A stretch of DNA of 64,000 nucleotides from Wickerhamiella versatilis (taxonomy: Eukaryota). Positions 52,123 to 62,310 of this stretch are shown here, in pieces; the first letter of the stretch is position 1, and every line of letters begins with the position of its first letter. The position numbers and the translations under genes were made by a program. The stretch spans positions 1,488,001 to 1,552,000 of the forward strand of contig JAQOWU010000008.1 of the NCBI GenBank assembly GCA_030867685.1. The letters are read 5' to 3'. Under the pieces are notes generated by a model, which worked only from the letters and a program-made list of their open reading frames with translations, did no database searches and had not been told where the DNA came from.

Positions 52123-53436
52123 TCAGTCCACGTTGAAAATATATCGCCCAGTACCAAACCTGAGGACGCGTGAGTCGCCGGCTTGCTCGATTGGTACATC
52201 AATGAAAGTAGCAACCTGTCGCTGCTCTGCAGAGTTTTGATTGTCACTATCTATGGCCGGTCCGGCTGAATCGTCATGGTCAACATTTAAAGCTGCAGCC
52301 CTTGGGATTTCATTAGCCTGTAATTGTGCCTGTCCTTGTCCTTGTCCTTGTCCTTGTCCTTGACCCTGCGCCTGAGCAGGGAAACGGGCAAATGCAGACT
52401 TACTTTCCGAGACAGGCTGTCGACAAGTTGGGCACTGGTGCGACCTGGATAGCCACGACTTTAAACAACCTCCATGAAGAACATGCCCACAACTGAGCTT
52501 CTTTGGTGTTCTGCGGGGGTTGGATTGCTCCCCTGCTTCCATGACTTCGCGGCAGATCACGCAAATTGAATCACGTGCCACATCTTCTATTGATGCTAGT
52601 GTCACGAGCGAGTCCATTTCAGACTGTGTCTTCTTGGTGCGCATGAAGTCACGGTATCCCAGGACAAGACGTCTTGCCCGCACAAAGCAATTCAGAATGC
52701 CTTGAGAGGTATAGAGCCGCAGACCGACAACAACGAACGAATGGGCTAGAAGCCCAAGGCTATCCACAAAAGTATTCAAGCAGAATACTATCGTTGGCTT
52801 CAATTCCCACTCATCCTCATCATCATCTGCATTTCGTAGGTACAGCGCTTCCCTAAAATTTGTGATATATCTCAAAGATGTAGCGAGCCCTAGCTCAAAT
52901 ATTTCAACCACAAACGGTGCAAATACTAGGGTGCGAGTTTCGCCTCTCACGAACCCCCTTACTATCCAGCAATCTGCTGCAAAGTTAATGAGAACCAGCG
53001 CGCCCAAACGAACAACCGCTTGCAACTTTAGATTCTCAAAGTCATTGAAAGCTATCTGTACACGATCGTCGCAAACCCAGTGCAGGGCAAAAAGGAGCGC
53101 AAACAATAAAGCGCAGACACCAAGGTCAAAGGGATCACCTCTATTAGAGAGCGCACCACCATTCCAGAGCATAAGTGTGGACACCACGAGAACCCATCCA
53201 CGGTAAGTGACGCTCTCTATTTCGTGCTCCCGCAGTCTGCCTAGGAAAATGCGAATTAGACTGAGTCCCAGAATCACAAGGACAGAGACCGCCATGTTCA
53301 TTAGCACAACAACTGTCACTAATGAATTACTCAAGGCGAGTGTAGATGCATAGATATTTGGATACATGGCCCACGCAACGGCCACAACACCTGTTGTGGC
53401 AACCACTGATCCCGCCACGTATGGGACCAGTCGCAT
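52123..53436 (-). CDS. HRD1: ERAD E3 ubiquitin ligase Hrd1
   Basis: Multi-TM N-terminus, IFLGRLREHEIE, RING-H2 CVICRE...PKKLSCGHVLHGGCLKSWL...CPTCR. Confidence 0.9.
   Translation of the reverse strand: MRLVPYVAGSVVATTGVVAVAWAMYPNIYASTLALSNSLVTVVVLMNMAVSVLVILGLSLIRIFLGRLREHEIESVTYRGWVLVVSTLMLWNGGALSNRGDPFDLGVCALLFALLFALHWVCDDRVQIAFNDFENLKLQAVVRLGALVLINFAADCWIVRGFVRGETRTLVFAPFVVEIFELGLATSLRYITNFREALYLRNADDDEDEWELKPTIVFCLNTFVDSLGLLAHSFVVVGLRLYTSQGILNCFVRARRLVLGYRDFMRTKKTQSEMDSLVTLASIEDVARDSICVICREVMEAGEQSNPRRTPKKLSCGHVLHGGCLKSWLSRSHQCPTCRQPVSESKSAFARFPAQAQGQGQGQGQGQGQAQLQANEIPRAAALNVDHDDSAGPAIDSDNQNSAEQRQVATFIDVPIEQAGDSRVLRFGTGRYIFNVD
52331..52360. repeat. (TGTCCT)5 coding repeat, encoding (GQ)n in Hrd1
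   Basis: Perfect hexamer repeat. Confidence 0.85.
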
Positions 53437-54051
53437 ATTGGATTATGTAATGTGATCCTGATTGCGTTTAATCACTCCTGGACCCGAAATCCCCCCAAAA
53501 TGGGAATTCCCATAAATTTAGAGTTTCTGGATATCTAGCCCATTTCAAAAGGGAAAAGGCTTCGAATCCAATTCGTCTACATTTACAATATGATCTTTAA
53601 ATGTCCCATGATGTCTGCTTGACATAACATAATAATACTACATATGTATTACTGATGCGGTAAGTTCGACTCCCTCAAATGACATGATACTGTTTAGCCG
53701 GTTGGATGCCTAATTGAACCTTGCCCTCAAAATTCAAAAATATATGTGGCTGCATATATCCCTAGGTAGTCAGGTGCATCCTCATTTTTCATTAACGTTG
53801 CTAGATATCCATACCCCGAGATCTATCATTACACATCAGTAAAAGATATGGGCGCTCCTAATAGTTTGCTAAAAAGAGCTTCTGAGATATATCAAATTGG
53901 TGGATTCACTTTCAAACGGCTCAATTTTAAGACATTTGCGCCCGAGAACTTTTCAAGAATGTATTATCAATAACGTCTTACTGCAGGTGGCTACCATATT
54001 ATCATATTAGGTACCACAGTAATTAGTCAACGTACTTGCATTCCCGTGTCC

Positions 54052-55113
54052 ATGCCAACGAAGCCCGAGATAGTGAGTCCGGAGGAAAGGACGCGCAGGA
54101 AGGAGAACGCATTGAGTGTTCTAGAATCTTATAAAGATGGTGGGATGGGTCTAGTCTTACGTATAAGGTACGACCCTCATCTTAATGAAAAGATGCTTGA
54201 TGCGGCTGCCCTCCGCAAATACAATGAGGGAGGCTTTTTTCTGGCCCGAATGCATTACGAATTGCTCATGTTTTCGCAACGGGTATTACAATGGCGGGTC
54301 CTGATAAATTTTGAAACATTCCTCCACATTTTACAGCGGCCCATTCTGGAACAGGCTCTCACTGATGTAACCCTATTCACTGTGACTCTCTATGACGACG
54401 GGACACTTAACGTGGATACTGAACTCTGTAATAACAGCAGCCTCAATCTAACAGATGGACTTATATCAAGCCTGGCTAATGTTCCAATTGATCCAGCCAA
54501 TTGCATCGAATTGAAGATTGATTCGAGTTTCACCCTCCCAGGACCCCAAACGTCATTTCGGACCACGAACCAAGAAAGTGCTAAAAGATCCCGAATCAGG
54601 ACAGCACCTTATGAGCCCATCCTCTGGAATACGCAATACCAGGTGATGGGAACTGCCAGCTCCGCCCTGGCTGTGAAGAGAGACGGGGTCTGGGTAACAC
54701 CCCATGTACAATCAGGAGTGGTATGCGACGCCCTAAGATCAGTGCTTCTAGAGACAGGGACAATACTGGAGCGCCTCCTTCTTCTACATGAGCTAAAAAA
54801 GAATGAGGAGGTACTTATAATATCCGCAGAGCTCGGTATTCAGAGAGGAATAATCAAGAGTGATCCTTCACCTCCCCCAAGGCCAAAGCGCAGACGTCGC
54901 TCTCAAATTGGGAACTTTAGAGTTCCTATTCCAAGATCAAAGGAGGCAAGGCTGGCTGCTGAACGAAATGCGCAGCTGACGTCGCAAATGGCTGCAGAAG
55001 CTCATAGTTTCAGTAACAGCGGTATCCCAGGCACCACTGTTCTTCGCTTCAAGCCATCAACATTCCCTACCACTAGCACCGGGAATAAAGCTGCCGATCA
55101 AAGGGATTGGTAG
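54052..55113 (+). CDS. Aminotransferase class IV / aminodeoxychorismate lyase (Abz2)-like protein with degenerate active site
   Basis: IRYDP, FFLARMHY, TSFRTT, EPILWN, WVTPHVQSG...LRSVLL, GIQRG follow the Abz2 motif order. Confidence 0.7.
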   Translation: MPTKPEIVSPEERTRRKENALSVLESYKDGGMGLVLRIRYDPHLNEKMLDAAALRKYNEGGFFLARMHYELLMFSQRVLQWRVLINFETFLHILQRPILEQALTDVTLFTVTLYDDGTLNVDTELCNNSSLNLTDGLISSLANVPIDPANCIELKIDSSFTLPGPQTSFRTTNQESAKRSRIRTAPYEPILWNTQYQVMGTASSALAVKRDGVWVTPHVQSGVVCDALRSVLLETGTILERLLLLHELKKNEEVLIISAELGIQRGIIKSDPSPPPRPKRRRRSQIGNFRVPIPRSKEARLAAERNAQLTSQMAAEAHSFSNSGIPGTTVLRFKPSTFPTTSTGNKAADQRDW

Positions 55114-55229
55114 TGTGGCCTGTTTATTTATGTGCGTCAACATAACGCTGACGTTGCCTTCTAATAATAACAGTAGTGTGAGTTACGTCACTCCAGAGAA
55201 TCCAATAGAGTAATTTAAATAGCGCGATT

Positions 55230-56087
55230 TTAAAGTCCTAATACGTATAGTATGTCTGCAAGATTCCCTGAGTTAAGCTTTCCCGGTGCTTGCTTTTGGA
55301 CCAACGGTTTTGCACAAAACGCAATACCGAATCCGGCCACTCCCATCATAGGAAGGTCATTAGAACCATCACCAACTGCTAAAACATCTTCCAATGGTAT
55401 TTGGTTCTCCTTAGCAATTTCTTTGAGCAACTCTGCCTTCTTTTTGCCATCAACAATATCGCCTAGAGTTCGCCCAGTAAGCGCATGATCTTGCGATTCG
55501 AGCAGATTAGCTGCAGCGTAATCAAGACCAAGCTCTGACTTCACCCACTCAGCCAAAGGAATAAATCCGCCGCTCAGTACCGCCGTCTTAATACCCTGTC
55601 TCTTCAGATTGGTACAAAGTTCATGTGCACCAGGGGTGAATACTATCTGCGTCTTTAGTTCCTCATAAATCGTATCGGGCACGCCTTTGAGTAGTCCCAC
55701 ACGCTCCTTGAGTGAGGCCGTAAAGTCAAGCTCTCCCCTCATTGCTCTTTCGGTAATCTCTGCCACCTGAGGCTCAACACCGGCCTTCTTGGCAATAAGA
55801 TCAATACATTCATTTCTGATAAGGGTTGAATCCATATCAAATACCACCAACTTCTTCCGACGATGCTCTTCAGCCTGAATCACAAGTTCGAAGTGGTTTT
55901 CTCGGGCACATTCTTGGAGATTTTCCTTAACAGCCTCCGGACAGTCGTCTATAAAGATGTCTTCTGCATTAGGGCTCAGGACCTTAATTTCACGTGGGGC
56001 CACACCAGAATCACCAAGAACTGACAAAAACTTGTCGCGGTAGTCCACACTACTCGACTTGACACCAATCACCGTACATACCAGCAT
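55230..56087 (-). CDS. SER2: Phosphoserine phosphatase (ORF is open to 56186; ATG 56087 preferred)
   Basis: FDMDSTLI, ITERAMRGELDF, LSGGF, VGDGSND HAD motifs. Confidence 0.95.
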   Translation of the reverse strand: MLVCTVIGVKSSSVDYRDKFLSVLGDSGVAPREIKVLSPNAEDIFIDDCPEAVKENLQECARENHFELVIQAEEHRRKKLVVFDMDSTLIRNECIDLIAKKAGVEPQVAEITERAMRGELDFTASLKERVGLLKGVPDTIYEELKTQIVFTPGAHELCTNLKRQGIKTAVLSGGFIPLAEWVKSELGLDYAAANLLESQDHALTGRTLGDIVDGKKKAELLKEIAKENQIPLEDVLAVGDGSNDLPMMGVAGFGIAFCAKPLVQKQAPGKLNSGNLADILYVLGL

Positions 56088-56269
56088 GTCTCTACCGTTC
56101 GTTGTTCCACTGTCCCAAATGGACTGGTAGTGTAAGCCAACCAAATCTACCACGAGCTTAACCTTGTAGTAACGAGAATAAGTCATAATTTTTTTTTCTT
56201 ATATACTAAACCTAAAAAAATTGTAAAAAACAGCTATGCGTATCTTTTTCTCTATACTCTATTTCGCGA

Positions 56270-57421
56270 TTAGCGCTGGCCATAAGACTTGGTAGCATAA
56301 CTACCACCCTCAACAATAATATCCTCTGGCCTCTGGGGCTTTCCATTCCAAATGTTGTCGAGGATGTTCTTGGTACCGAGGGCGTAACGGGCCTGGGCAT
56401 CCAAAGAAGAGCCACTGATGTGAGGCGTCATAGCGTTACCTCCGCCAAGGGTTGGGTTCCAGCCGTTAACCATTTTGTGCCAAGGATGGCTAGGAGGAGC
56501 TGGCTGAGGATAGCTTACATCGCCACCGTAACCATTGAGCTGGCCTGACTCAAGTGCAGCTGCAACATCCTCAGCGACGCAAATAGCGCCACGGGCAGTG
56601 TTTACCAACCAAGCGCCCTTCTTCATCTTGGAAATCGTCTCCTTGTTGAAGAGACCGTAAGTTCCCTCGTGAAGTGGGGCATTGATGGTAACGACATCGC
56701 ATCGGGCGAGCAAGTCATCCAGGTTAGCTGCCTTGCTACAGCCAATCTCCTTCTCAGTCTCTGGATCAAGAGTGTTGTAATCTTCGTACAACAACTCCTT
56801 GCATCCGAAAGGCTTCAATCTCTGGAGGACACGCTGGCCGATCCGACCAATGCCTACCGTGCCTACGACCTTACCCTCGAGGTCGTAACTGTTTTGAGTG
56901 ATCTCAGCCACATCCCACTTGCCACTGACATACTGGTTGTGTGCAGGCACGAAATTGCGCACCAAGTTGAGAATTGTCATCAAAACGTGCTCAGCTACGG
57001 ATGTGACATTTGAGCCAGTAACCTCGTAGACTCCGATCTTCTTCTCATTGGCGGCATTCAGATCAACATGATCACTACCAATTCCAGCAGTTACAGCTGC
57101 CTTCAATTTCTTCGCCTTCTCCAAGCGTTCCTTGGTAAGGTATCCAGGATGGAATGGCGTCGTGATGATGATGTCGGCATCCACAAGTTCCTTCTCGAAT
57201 ACACTATCAGGACCTTCTTTGTCCGAAGTGCTAACAAGTGTGTGACCTTGTGACTCGATCCACTTGCGGATTCCTAGTTCATTCTCAACAGCACCAAGAA
57301 GCTTAGGTTGGTTCTTTGCTGCCTCACCACCTTTGTACAGGACAGCGAGCACCTTGTCCTGACGAGGCGTTGACCGCGAGAAAGCGCGACGGGTTTGACT
57401 ACGAAGAATTGAACGATACAT
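56270..57421 (-). CDS. FDH1: NAD-dependent formate dehydrogenase with N-terminal presequence
   Basis: [50 protein letters not shown]. Confidence 0.96.
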   Translation of the reverse strand: MYRSILRSQTRRAFSRSTPRQDKVLAVLYKGGEAAKNQPKLLGAVENELGIRKWIESQGHTLVSTSDKEGPDSVFEKELVDADIIITTPFHPGYLTKERLEKAKKLKAAVTAGIGSDHVDLNAANEKKIGVYEVTGSNVTSVAEHVLMTILNLVRNFVPAHNQYVSGKWDVAEITQNSYDLEGKVVGTVGIGRIGQRVLQRLKPFGCKELLYEDYNTLDPETEKEIGCSKAANLDDLLARCDVVTINAPLHEGTYGLFNKETISKMKKGAWLVNTARGAICVAEDVAAALESGQLNGYGGDVSYPQPAPPSHPWHKMVNGWNPTLGGGNAMTPHISGSSLDAQARYALGTKNILDNIWNGKPQRPEDIIVEGGSYATKSYGQR

Positions 57422-58235
57422 GTTAATGATTTAATTCCCCGAGAATTCCCTGGGACTTTATAGCTGTATTGTGCCCTTACCCGATATATTATCCTACTCC
57501 GGAAAGGCACTCTCAGAATTAAGATAACACCAAACCAATCATACAAGTAGTTTGATTCATCAATAAAAATGCATAAAGATGTTTGTTCGTCCAGTTCGTA
57601 GAGATATCGGTCCGTTTTCTCCACATAACCGTTCTGAGGGTTAGGTATTGCGAGTCGTCTCGAATGCCGAGGGTTCCAGGCCTTCAAACTTGAAGGTTAG
57701 GGTGTACATGTTTATGGACCAGTCAATTAGCAACTGGCGCTCTAAAGAGGAAACTATCCCTCGAAGAATTTGTCTCCGAGGCTTAACTCGTCCCATTAAT
57801 CTCTAGTCAAATCCGTAGACCTGTCACTTACAAATACCTTGTGACATCATCATTAAAATCGAATGCGTCCATCTAAGCCAACTTCAGTTTGCTAACCTGT
57901 GAGAATGTCTGTTAATCAGAGTTGTAAAAACGTACCTTTGGTTTTTATCCAACATTATTCATGTCTAAGCTTATACTTATCATTTAATCTGCTTTGAAAG
58001 CTATTTAGCTACCCTAGTTTGTGGATCAGCCCTGCTGTCAGACCTAATACTCCCAAGCAGAATCAATTGTCAAGCCATATTCGAACGCAAGACAGTTTTA
58101 TGGCCAATTCTAATCAGGCAACCAACCAAGTCAAATTTTAGCGATGATTAACTCGATAATTTTATCATGACTTTTCTCTTTCAGCTCACTGAATAACTGA
58201 ACTAACCGTCCCCTTAGTCATCTCAGAAAAGTGTC

Positions 58236-59696
58236 ATGGTGAGTGAAGAAACGCTCGAAAAGCTCCAACCATGGCTATTAGCTCATGTCACAGGGACTGA
58301 GTTATCAGCAGAAGATATAGCTGCTTATGTGCTATCGCTACTGCAGGTTGATGGCTCTAGGCAGCAACTAATAGAACGCTGTAGAGGTGAGCTAGCAGAA
58401 TTCTTGCACGGAGGTACAGATGCTTTTGTCGAGGCCTTGTTCAGGGAGCTTGATAGGCTTGAAGCTGGAGGAGCCCCTTTCGATCCAAATGCTCCTATAC
58501 CACAAACCAAACCGCAACCGCCGCCGGTACGAAATGCGCCATCAGCCCCCACTGGCTCACAGCAAGAGTTCCGCAGGAACTTTCGCGGCCCTCCTCAACA
58601 TTTGAAGAATAATAATATGCCAAAGATGCCAACCCTTACAATGCCTGATGGCACACCAATGCCATTTCCCTTCCCTCTTCCACCTTTTCCAGTTCAACAA
58701 CAACACAAACCTCCTAAAAAGTACAGTCACATTTCAAGTATCCAAAATGAAATGAGTATTGCGAATAAAAGAATTGTCGTCGAAAAAGTTCCATTGGAAC
58801 ACCTTAACGAGGAGGCCATCCGTAGCTTCTTTGGGAAATTTGGCGAGATCGTTGCAGTTCGATTGGACGTCCCACAAGGGCTTGCGGAAATTGAATTCAC
58901 ATCTCATGGTGATGCTCAAAAAGCGCATGACAGTCCCGAACCTATCTTTGATAACAGATTTATCAAAGTTTACTGGCGCAAGCATACACCCGGTCAGGAA
59001 CCTGAACCGCTCGACTTGGAGTCCGTTCAGCGGGCACAGGCCATTAAGCAACAGCGATTTGAGGAAAAAGAGGCAAAGAGACGCGAGCTGCATGCTAAAA
59101 TGCAAGAAGTTGTCTCACAGAGGACATCACTTCTCAAGGAACAGGCAGATATGTTAGCATCATCCGGTGGTCAGCCAAATCCTGCACTGACGGAGAAGCA
59201 GGCAAAAACGGAAGCTCTTAAACAGACATTAGATGACTTGAGAGCAGAGGCCAATCGCCTGGGTTTAGGCATCGGCGGGAACACTCAATTTGGAGGTCGT
59301 GGGGGGTATCGTGGTGGCTATCGCGGACGTGGTGGCTCTGGTCCCTATGGCCGCGGTGGTGGACCCTATCGGGGTGGATATAGGGGAGGCCGCGGTGCCT
59401 TTGGTGCCAAGCCACTCGGACTAGCAGGTGCGTCTTTGGACCGACGGCCTAAAGCCGTACTACTAAAAGGCTTGCCTATAGAAAAGGACGAGCTATTCAG
59501 ATCACACCTCGTCAGTGCTAATCCAACTAATGTCGAACGTCAAGGGCCAGGTTCTATCCTTGTAGACTTTCCTGACAGAAGATCAGCGGAGAATTTCTAT
59601 TTTTCAGTGCCAGAAATGACAGACCTCGGACCATTAGAACGTGAATGGGTTAGAATTGATCCAGCGGAAGATGGTTTGAAAATGGTTGAAAATTAG
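58236..59696 (+). CDS. PWI + RRM + RGG RNA-binding protein, RBM26/27 (Rmn1)-like
   Basis: PWI-like N-terminus, RRM IVVEKVP...IFDNRFIKVYW, coiled coil, RGG box, SLDRRPK before a second RRM. Confidence 0.8.
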   Translation: MVSEETLEKLQPWLLAHVTGTELSAEDIAAYVLSLLQVDGSRQQLIERCRGELAEFLHGGTDAFVEALFRELDRLEAGGAPFDPNAPIPQTKPQPPPVRNAPSAPTGSQQEFRRNFRGPPQHLKNNNMPKMPTLTMPDGTPMPFPFPLPPFPVQQQHKPPKKYSHISSIQNEMSIANKRIVVEKVPLEHLNEEAIRSFFGKFGEIVAVRLDVPQGLAEIEFTSHGDAQKAHDSPEPIFDNRFIKVYWRKHTPGQEPEPLDLESVQRAQAIKQQRFEEKEAKRRELHAKMQEVVSQRTSLLKEQADMLASSGGQPNPALTEKQAKTEALKQTLDDLRAEANRLGLGIGGNTQFGGRGGYRGGYRGRGGSGPYGRGGGPYRGGYRGGRGAFGAKPLGLAGASLDRRPKAVLLKGLPIEKDELFRSHLVSANPTNVERQGPGSILVDFPDRRSAENFYFSVPEMTDLGPLEREWVRIDPAEDGLKMVEN

Positions 59697-59806
59697 CTTA
59701 GCATAGAGAGAGGCTATCTCTATCTTAAACGATGACTTAAATTTTGACGACCAAAGTTAAGAAGATTACAATACTAAATAGAGTTTTTTTTTCACCCGAA
59801 GAATAC

Positions 59807-61276
59807 TTATTTGAAAAGTCCGAAAAGTCCTCTCTTGGCTGGGCGTTCAGGGGTTGTAGCTACAGGCTCTGGTTCTGCCTCACTGCTCTGGATTTCGTCA
59901 GGCTCGAGATGGTTAAGTGCAATATCGTAGAACACTGGCCGTACCGGGACTGGTTCAATATGCCCAGCAATATTCGCTATGTTTTCAAGTGAATCAGATG
60001 TGCCTGGATACTTTGAAATATCATCTGAAACATAAAGGGGCCGATCCCTACCGCGGCCTATTTCACTGGCAATCGCTGCGAGTCCATGTGATCTAATAAG
60101 GAGCAAATGGCAGTCACTCTTCCATTTTTTGACATCATCATCGCTTATTGGTAAGTCTTTGAGGTCACCAAGATCTTCAATGCTGAGAAGGTCCATTGCC
60201 CTTTTAACAACAGCCAAGGCTTCAATATATAGTGCCTTCTCCCTCAACGCTAAAGATACAGCCGCCAACCGACGGGACTGGTAGTATTCGACCAGCGTAT
60301 TCAGTCCCTGCACTAAGGTTTCGTCGCTAAACACACCTGGTAGGTCGTTCAACTCTTCAGCACTTTGTAGAATCTGATCAAACACACGGACAGTGGGGGG
60401 CTCAGATGCCAATCGGTAGATGCGTGTGGTCAGCAAGTTCCACTTTACGTACGTCTTGGCAATCGCCAACTCTTCTGACTGCGGTAAACGGTCTAAAATA
60501 TCCACAGCGTCTTGCCACAAAATAAGACCCTTTTCAGCATCCGCATCACGAGCACTGAGTATACGTTGTGCCAGGTCTGCATCGGTAATTCGGGCCTCAT
60601 GGCCACGCCAAACGATGGTTCCGAGGAGCGAGCAAGGCTCCACTCCATCTACATCCAGAACCTCCGGACAAACCTCACTGATTTTCTTGGCGAGCGGGCT
60701 TCCTGCAACCTTTTGGAGCGAATAACGCGCAATATCAACTCGGCGCTCAGGCTCGCTCTGAGCTAGAGCAACTTGCAACACTGGGTCAAGCGTACCTGCG
60801 ATGCAGTCAGCGTATATCTCGGCACCAGGATCCAAACGAGATAAGGCTTCCAGACCAACACGGGCCGCACAATAATTAGTAGCCACTTCACTCCACTGAT
60901 GCAGTTCCACTCCTCTATCACCCTTCAACAAGTAGTCGTAAACCAATATATCCAGGTCAGCACAGTCACCAGTCGCCATAATAGCCTGCTGGGACCACTT
61001 GCACGCTTTCGCGAGTTTTCTGGTAACTCTACCACGTAAAGTTGAGGATTCTCGAGCCTCAAGCTCACTGCTAGCTTCTTTTGCTGTTGCCCATGCCCGT
61101 TCCGCTAACGTCAGAGCGATATCGCTTGTAGTAGATTCCACCGCAGCTCCCGACTTGGTACTTGGACTGAGGTTTTTGCGGAGCTTGTGAACCTTCTTAG
61201 TAGCACTTCGCCGATAACGAGTGTAGTCGTTAGTCGACTGTAGGCTTCCTCGAGCTTCAAGCGTCGCCCGCAGCAT
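59807..61276 (-). CDS. SRP68: Signal recognition particle subunit Srp68
   Basis: DYTRYRR, LAERAWA, RKLAKA, PVRPVFYDIALN, RGLFGLF. Confidence 0.9.
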   Translation of the reverse strand: MLRATLEARGSLQSTNDYTRYRRSATKKVHKLRKNLSPSTKSGAAVESTTSDIALTLAERAWATAKEASSELEARESSTLRGRVTRKLAKACKWSQQAIMATGDCADLDILVYDYLLKGDRGVELHQWSEVATNYCAARVGLEALSRLDPGAEIYADCIAGTLDPVLQVALAQSEPERRVDIARYSLQKVAGSPLAKKISEVCPEVLDVDGVEPCSLLGTIVWRGHEARITDADLAQRILSARDADAEKGLILWQDAVDILDRLPQSEELAIAKTYVKWNLLTTRIYRLASEPPTVRVFDQILQSAEELNDLPGVFSDETLVQGLNTLVEYYQSRRLAAVSLALREKALYIEALAVVKRAMDLLSIEDLGDLKDLPISDDDVKKWKSDCHLLLIRSHGLAAIASEIGRGRDRPLYVSDDISKYPGTSDSLENIANIAGHIEPVPVRPVFYDIALNHLEPDEIQSSEAEPEPVATTPERPAKRGLFGLFK

Positions 61277-61405
61277 CTACTATATGATTGAAGAATCTAA
61301 ATAGTTGTATGTCAGCATTTCACCGCCGAGCAGAAAATATCATATTCACGAAGTTTTAACTGGAAAATTCTTAATTTTAATTGCCTAGGATAGTTACTCT
61401 CAGAA

Positions 61406-62017
61406 TCAGAGTGAACTAGTACGCACAGTGCTATCAAGCTTCTGGAACCACTGTTCTGCGGTCCAAGAACTCGAGATGGAGGGGTCTTGGAGGCCATTAA
61501 TAACCACAGTGGGGGTCACGTGAATGCCGTTCTGCCGTCCAACTCGGATAAACGACTTTAAATCATTTGTGACCTTTGAGCCGCCATTAAGAGCCCCATC
61601 AGGCGACTGAATAGTCAAGAGGTCTGCCACCTTTTCCTTATCCACATTCACTTGTTGGGCCAGATCAGCCAACTTTCCCACGATTTCTGTGCGACTCTTG
61701 TCCTTAGTGTTCAGGTCATAGAAATCTTCAGATTCCTTAAATAGCACCTTGGAGAATTCCCAGAATTTTGAAGGCTCAATGAGACCAACAGCGATACCCG
61801 CCTCATGCACCCAGGTGCCCTGGCCATGCCATGGCTGGGGCTGATTTTGGAAAACCCATTGAAATTTCCCAGGATACTTTTCTTCTGCGGCGGGAATAAC
61901 CTTGTCATAGACTTCGTAGAATATCTTTGCAGAAAAAGGGCATATATAATCAAGCCACAGCTCAATTACAATTGGGCCCTTCCCTATAGCATGTGAGGCG
62001 AATCTAGGATTTACCAT
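61406..62017 (-). CDS. Fungal DsbA/thioredoxin-fold protein (CxxS)
   Basis: LWLDYICPFSAK, QPQPWH, RQNGIHVTPTV, SISSSW; ATG 62017. Confidence 0.85.
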   Translation of the reverse strand: MVNPRFASHAIGKGPIVIELWLDYICPFSAKIFYEVYDKVIPAAEEKYPGKFQWVFQNQPQPWHGQGTWVHEAGIAVGLIEPSKFWEFSKVLFKESEDFYDLNTKDKSRTEIVGKLADLAQQVNVDKEKVADLLTIQSPDGALNGGSKVTNDLKSFIRVGRQNGIHVTPTVVINGLQDPSISSSWTAEQWFQKLDSTVRTSSL

Positions 62018-62310
62018 TGTTGGTGTAAGAACTTCACTGTAAGGTAAGAAAGAAGAAGAGCAAAGTGACCTACCCCCAACCCGCTTGCGTGCTATTGGTA
62101 TGTCAGCAACTGCCAATCACCAATATCTGTGGTAAGCTTGACTTAATTTGAAATAACTCCTATCCTTAACATAAACAGGAATATAGTCCATTACACCCAT
62201 AAAACCCTATTACAATATGTGATGGCATGATGTAATATAATAGTACCTCATATTTTGTCTATCAGGGATACGTTACCTCTTTATAGAATATTCTAATACT
62301 CTTGTCTAGT

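Noticed and set aside
53555-53675. B-box-like GCTTCGAATCC and AGTTCGACTCC
   Set aside because: No cloverleaf or A box can be built around either motif
58144-58217. ATGATTA...CTGA-ACTAAC...TAG upstream of the RBM26-like gene, similar to the SEN2 snoRNA intron
   Set aside because: No upstream 5' splice site, imperfect C box and no convincing rRNA guide
58236-58244. ATG-GTGAGT as a possible intron after the start codon
   Set aside because: The frame is open through the PWI-like domain and no branch/acceptor is needed
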